From the human T2T-CHM13v2.0 reference genome, Homo sapiens, in the NCBI RefSeq assembly GCF_009914755.1, contig NC_060930.1: a stretch of 64,000 bases of DNA; one strand, given 5' to 3'. The notes under the pieces are model-generated. The model was not told where the DNA came from. It searched no databases and worked only from the letters and a program-made list of their open reading frames with translations. Shown piece after piece: positions 57,915 through 64,000 of the stretch (position 1 is its first letter; every line of letters starts with the position of its first letter). The position numbers were made by a program, and so were the translations under genes.

Positions 57915-59599
57915 GCTTATAGTGACTGAGAAATCAGCTCTCCCATAACTTTACCAACAATAATTCTTGAAGATGAGAGCCTCTTGTCTGAAATCATTTT
58001 CCATTTATAGTTATATGAAAGATATAATGGAATAACTGCTAATTAAATCTATAAATATACATATAAAAATTACCTTGTCATTTGTAGCGCGCTTCCAAGT
58101 ATAAAATTAAACGTGGTTCTGAATTTTTCCCCTAGAACTCTAAGTTTTCATTTCTTAATCGTCTAGAATAGCTCCTTTAATAAAATTTCATTTTTGACAT
58201 GATGCTTGCTTGATATTTTAAAACTGTACTTTAAACCTGAAATTTCACATTAATTATTATATTTTTAGGATTGGAAAATGACACCATCTTTCAGATAAAT
58301 GATTGGATGAGTAATATTTAGCCAATTTCGCTTTCTGTTGCAGGTACAGTTCTGAGTGTTCATTAATATTCAATGAAATTTCCATCAGTATGTATGATAT
58401 TTTCAGGTTTTCAAAAATAAGTGAAATAGGCACTAATGTGGTGATAACACTAAAATGAGGGCCTGAAAGAAGCCCCGACACGTGGGAAAAGCCTGCTAAC
58501 AAAGACGCACTGCAACAGAAAGACCTCACAGGAGAGGCCCTTCAACCCAGGATCGGTATTTTATGGCATCAGCTCATTAATTCCTCCAGGTCCCCAGGAC
58601 ACAGATATCAAGGATGGTGTCGGGCTCATTATCTCAGACACTGAAACTGAGGCTAGGGAGATTTTCAGTGGTTAACCAAGGTCAGATAGCATGTCGTAAA
58701 GCTGGGATTCAAACCTCTTTACATGTCTGCTTTCAAAGTCGTAGCTCAAACCACTGATCCTTATTGCTTCTCCAGAGAGATATTCTCCAAAATACTCTAG
58801 AATTAGGGGAAGCATTAATCTGAAAATCTTGGTATGTCTTCTGGGGGTGGGGGTGGGAAGAGGAACCCTGAAGTCCCTGACTACTGTGGAGATGAGGATA
58901 TCAGAGGGCTTCTTATAAAGTTCTCATTGGAATAATAAAACTATGAGGTAATAGAAAATCTGGACCAAATTATATATACATTATTTAGATACGTAAACAT
59001 CAGATACACAATTCCACTTAAAAGCATGCCTGTCCACACATGGACACACATATGCACAACAGGCAGGTGCAAGCCATTCCCAGAACATGTCGTCTTACTA
59101 GTTCATCATGGTACTACGTTTGTTACACCTCTGAATGATTTCCTACGAGCAAAACATCCATCACTTTAAAATAATGTTAAGACACTCTAGGATAAATGTA
59201 ACAAAGGGCAAACGTCAAATGTTAAATCTTTATGCACAGAAGCAGATGAACACAGCAGCATGCCTCTGGCATCCCCAAGTCCTCGCTGACATTCAGACAG
59301 CCACCCTTGTTTCAGGCTACAGTAAAGCAGGGTATTAAGAGGCAGTAATGCACCGCAGCCCATCTGTCCCATAAAAGCTCAATACGTAAGCTTTGTAGAA
59401 GGCAGGTGATCAGTAACAGTGGTGAACCAGGTGTACATTATTTTAATCAACTACATTCTGGACCTTTATTCTCAAAGTTTCTAATGGCAAACGAATAAAC
59501 AGAGAAACCAACCATATCTGCCCTCCTTGCAATTTTTTCTTCTTTTGGATTCTGATTTTCCCCTATTGTTGCACCTCCTTTCCTTCTCTGTTTAACCAA

Positions 59600-59815
59600 G
59601 GCTGGGGACCTTAGGCCATCAGACCTGGGTTCAAGTCCCAGCTTGGCCATGTATTAGTTCTGTGACCATGGATACCCTGGTTTCAGGTACTTTCTATGAA
59701 AATGGGATATAATAATGACACCTCATAGGGAGGTGAGGTCTGAGGTATGCAAAATCCTGAGCACAGTGCCTAGTACACAGTAGGCCCTCACTAATTGTTA
59801 GCTATTAACATAATT
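59600..59815 (+). mobile_element. MIR
   Basis: AGACCTGGGTTCAAGTCCCAGCT...TGTGACC...TGAAAATGGGATATAATAATG...GCACAGTGCCTAG. Confidence 0.85.
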
Positions 59816-60120
59816 ATTCTTTCTTTGTGGTCTCTCCTTTGGCCACCTTGAAAAGCATCTGAGATAGCAAATGTGCACATGTTCTGTGAGCAGCAGAGTG
59901 TCATGCATTTACTAATTCTCAATCGAGCCTCCAGCTCTCCCCTGCAAGCGTGTAACCGCTGCATGCTCAGGCTCTGACTACTATCTTGAGTTGTAGAACT
60001 ACAGCTGAACCAATCTCTTGCAGCTTAGAGTCACTAAAATCAGAGTCCTCAATGTGTTTCTAAGGTTGGCTCCTGTTCCTGAGTTTGAGTTTGCTATTTC
60101 TGATGACACAGCCTTTATGA

Positions 60121-60610
<490 letters not shown>

Positions 60611-62324
60611 TCCAAAATGCCTTTTAAATAATTTCTGAAGTCTCTGCCTGGCCCATCTCCCTTTCACCGGGTTTGCCCCGACTCCTTCACAGTTGTTGCC
60701 TCCAGGAAATCCTCTCCCCAGTCACACGTGCCAATTCCACCCACTTCTCGGTCCTTGAGCAAACGGCTCCTCTACCAGAAAATGCTTATCCTGCCCTCGG
60801 TGGCATATGCTATCTCCTGTATCAATTCGCCAAGCATTTTATCAGGAGGCAGCATGTTCTAATGGAGAAGGGATGGGCTTTCAAAGCAGAAAGGCTTGTT
60901 CTGAAATCCTGGCTCAATTTACTAGCTGCATGACTAGGGGCAGATTATTTATTCTCTGAATGTTTGATTCCTTATCTATAAAGTGGGATAATAAAATCCA
61001 CCTCACCGGATTACTGTCATAATTAAATTAAAAGTCCATAAATTATCAAATAGAGTCTTTAGGGCACAGAGGGAGGCTTAACAAATAGAAGATAAGTTTT
61101 TCCTTGTTCTTTTCTACCAGTATTTTTCCCATTTTGCTTTCTGGGAGAATCCTGTGTGCCCCCATTTTGTCTCCCTGGCTGGATGACAGGCTCCAGGAAA
61201 GCAGGATCTTTGTGGGATTCACTGCTGCAATTGCTCACAGCATCTAGCAAGCTCCCAGACATGGGTGATTCACGCATATTTGATGAATGAATAAAAGAAT
61301 GATACCATATTCTTGTCAATATGTATCACTGGAACCACTAAGTATGGGAACTGGAAAGGACCTTAGAGAAAAATCACTGACCCAACTTCATTCTATAGAT
61401 GAGGAGCAACATGACGCTGAGAAGCTAAGCAGCTTGCCCATGGTTAGCATGCCAGTGAGAGCGGCAGACTCAGCTCTGTGTTTCTCCTGCCCTGCCAAGC
61501 TGCTTCCCTGATCAGCTGCAGGCAAGTATGTGATGCCAAAAGCATTTCCTAGGAAAGCGGCAACTAAGCGACAACTATGTCACTCGGGGAAACACCCACA
61601 AACAATGAATGACACACATGTACTACCTCCAGTGCCGGCATGACGTACTAGATTAAATAGGGGGCGAGAGCTGGCTTTTAATAATCTGCCATCCTTCTAA
61701 TATTTTTTTAAAAACTATACCCCATCGTATCTTCTTTGGTGAAAATGTTCAGTCAGAAGGCATGGCTGGTGGAGGCAAACGGAGAAGTGAGGCAGCCCCA
61801 GCTGCGTGTCTGTCTCCGGCCTGGCTGTTCCCCTCTGTTGTACACGCTTCCTCCCTCAGCCCCATTACAAAGGTCTGCTTTACTCAGTGCCTGAGCTGAT
61901 GCCTAGCTACTCTCATAATCAGCTAAGCTAATGTGCTCATGGAACTGTTTCCAGGGGATGGGACTGCGTGTTTCTGGGGAAAGCCTTCCTCTTGGGCCTC
62001 CTCTGTTGTTGGCTGGTAGGAATTCCAGGCTAGGTCACGGGGCAAATGGAAACACGCAGCAGACGGCAACTCTTTACCCACTGCCCTGTGCTGACAAACT
62101 TGCTGCCAGATGAGAAAGGCATAAGGGTGGCTTATTTAATGACAGGATTTAGAATTTTATTTATGTGACAACTAGTACTATATCCTTAGTAGCATACTTA
62201 AGGCCGCTGGGCTTGCAGGTTCCTTAAATGAAGGCAGTACGTACCTAATTCTGCCTCTGTGTCCCAGGACTGTCACAATACACTAGGCTGTTGGTTTTGT
62301 TTCTGTTGAACCATTGGTAATCTT

Positions 62325-62620
62325 ATTATTATTTTTTTTGTGTGAGAGAGGGTCTCGTTCTGTCGTTCAGGCTGGAGTGCAGTCGTGTGATCTCAGCTCT
62401 GCCTCGCCTCCTGGGTTCCAGCAATTCTCCTGCCTCAGCCTCCTGAGTAGCTGGGATTACAGGTGTGCACCAACACGCCTGGCTAATTTTTATATTTTAG
62501 GAGAGATGGTGTTTTGCCATGGTGGCCAGGTTGCTGTCAAACTCCTGACCTCAAGTGACCCGCCCACCTCAGCCTCCAAAAGTGCTGGGATTACAAGTGT
62601 GAACCACCACACCTGGCGCC
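62325..62620 (-). mobile_element. Alu (AluS-type)
   Basis: Antisense dimeric Alu. Confidence 0.94.
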
Positions 62621-63761
62621 CTTGCTAATCTTAAACAAAACTAAGACACCAGGTCATAACACAGCAAGTCTCTTGTGCCTGCCCAGTTGGGCAGAGAGAA
62701 GCTGGACATCTGGAAACTAACTTGATGAAGTGCTGCTGTTCGGTGTGACCGGGGGCAACTCACAGAACCTTCCAGAGCCTCAGTTTCCTCTTTTGTAAAA
62801 GAGGCAATCACCAGTACCTCCTGACGAGTAAAGCCATGTGAAATACACACGGACACTCTTGGAAAACCTGTGGTTTTCAACAGTGGTGCTCAACAAAATC
62901 ACCTCTGTAAGTCTTCAAAAATACATCCTGATGTGTAGTCAGAACTGGCAACCACTGTTGTACGGTGCTCGACACATAAAGTAATCACTGATATATTGAG
63001 GGCTGTTCATGAACACTCAAATGAAATGACCATATATGCTGTGAATACAGACAGATACAATGAAAGACTCTAATAATTTTAAAACAGCAAACAGAGAGCC
63101 CATCCCTTAGAAGTTGAACATCCCAGATAAAAATGCTAAATTGCAGCAATAAACCCTGAAACGCCCTAAACAGGGATATATGGAATGCTCTGATTGTAAA
63201 TTGCTGGCTCTTCCCTACATCTAGTAAAGAAAATTACCTGCTAAATGTTATCATAAAAGCTACGGAAACATTTTTTTACCTAAGTTATAGAGTCAACCAA
63301 GAAAAAAACCCTATAAATTAGATATTCTAAATCTTTAAGCCACTAATTTTAATCAATATCAGTCTGGAGGTTTTAAATGACTTTCTCCTGAAACTCCCCA
63401 CCCCATCAAGTAATTATCAGAAACATTGATTTCATTCCATATATTCAATCTTACAAGTTCATAAAATATTAGCCTATTAAGTTAACATAAAAATGTAATG
63501 CAGTAGAATGAAACAGTAGAAGGAACTCCATATAACACCTGCAAACTGTGTCTATAGGAGTCTGATTTTTAATATTTCACTGACCACCCCTATTCCCCCA
63601 TCTCCAGCTCCCAAGCCCCAGGGTGGGTGAGAAAGGAGGTTGCAAAGGGCATCACGTGCTGGACAGAGAGTGGCAGCAGTATCTACGATCACACAGGACA
63701 CAGATGGAAACATCAGAAGACAACGCAACACCTCATACAGATTAAAAAGAAAGGCGGATTC

Positions 63762-64000
63762 GGCCGGGCGCGGTGGCTCAAGCCTGTAATCCCAGGACTT
63801 TGGGAGGCCAAGGTGGGCAGATCATGAGGTCAGGAGATCAAGACCATCCTGACGAACACTGTGAAACCCTGTCTGTACTAAAAACACACAAAAGAATTAG
63901 CCGGGCGTGGTGTCACGCGCCTGTAGTCCCAGCTACTCGGGAGGCTGAGGCAGGAGAATGGCGTGAACCCGGGAGGCGGAGCTTGCAGTGAGCCGGGATC
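63762..64000 (+). mobile_element. Alu (AluY-like), cut by the window end
   Basis: GGAGAATGGCGTGAACCCGGGAGGCGGAGCTTGCAGTGAGCC. Confidence 0.96.

Noticed and set aside
63762-64000. GGCTCAAGCCTG in an AluY suggesting an Old World monkey genome
   Set aside because: Other macaque AluYR diagnostics are absent; a single substitution cannot assign species.

Overview
Primate (most likely human or great ape) genomic DNA, rich in Alu, L1, MIR/L2, MaLR and ERV1 repeats. There are no prokaryotic features. The clearest gene feature is a minus-strand terminal exon at ~18410-18829: strong acceptor, 22 codons ([22 protein letters not shown]), ~340-nt 3'UTR and AATAAA. I could not name the gene. No convincing upstream constitutive coding exon is visible, so 18830-64000 is probably one large final intron. 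That interval holds a candidate second last exon (19370-19942), several cassette/poison-exon candidates, a sense-oriented solo LTR12, two strong CTCF-like motifs, a 28-bp GC-rich minisatellite and an Alu carrying an inverted copy of its own right arm. The most striking structure lies downstream of the gene. It is a ~2.5-kb retro-insertion of non-repeat sequence (11483-13987) with an exact 22-bp target-site duplication, a 5' inversion, and 13 nt at the inversion junction complementary to the target end, which is the signature of L1 twin priming. It appears to include an unspliced 3' splice site. Most ORFs in the supplied track are repeat-derived or chance. Repeat family names are by eye and most repeat boundaries are approximate.
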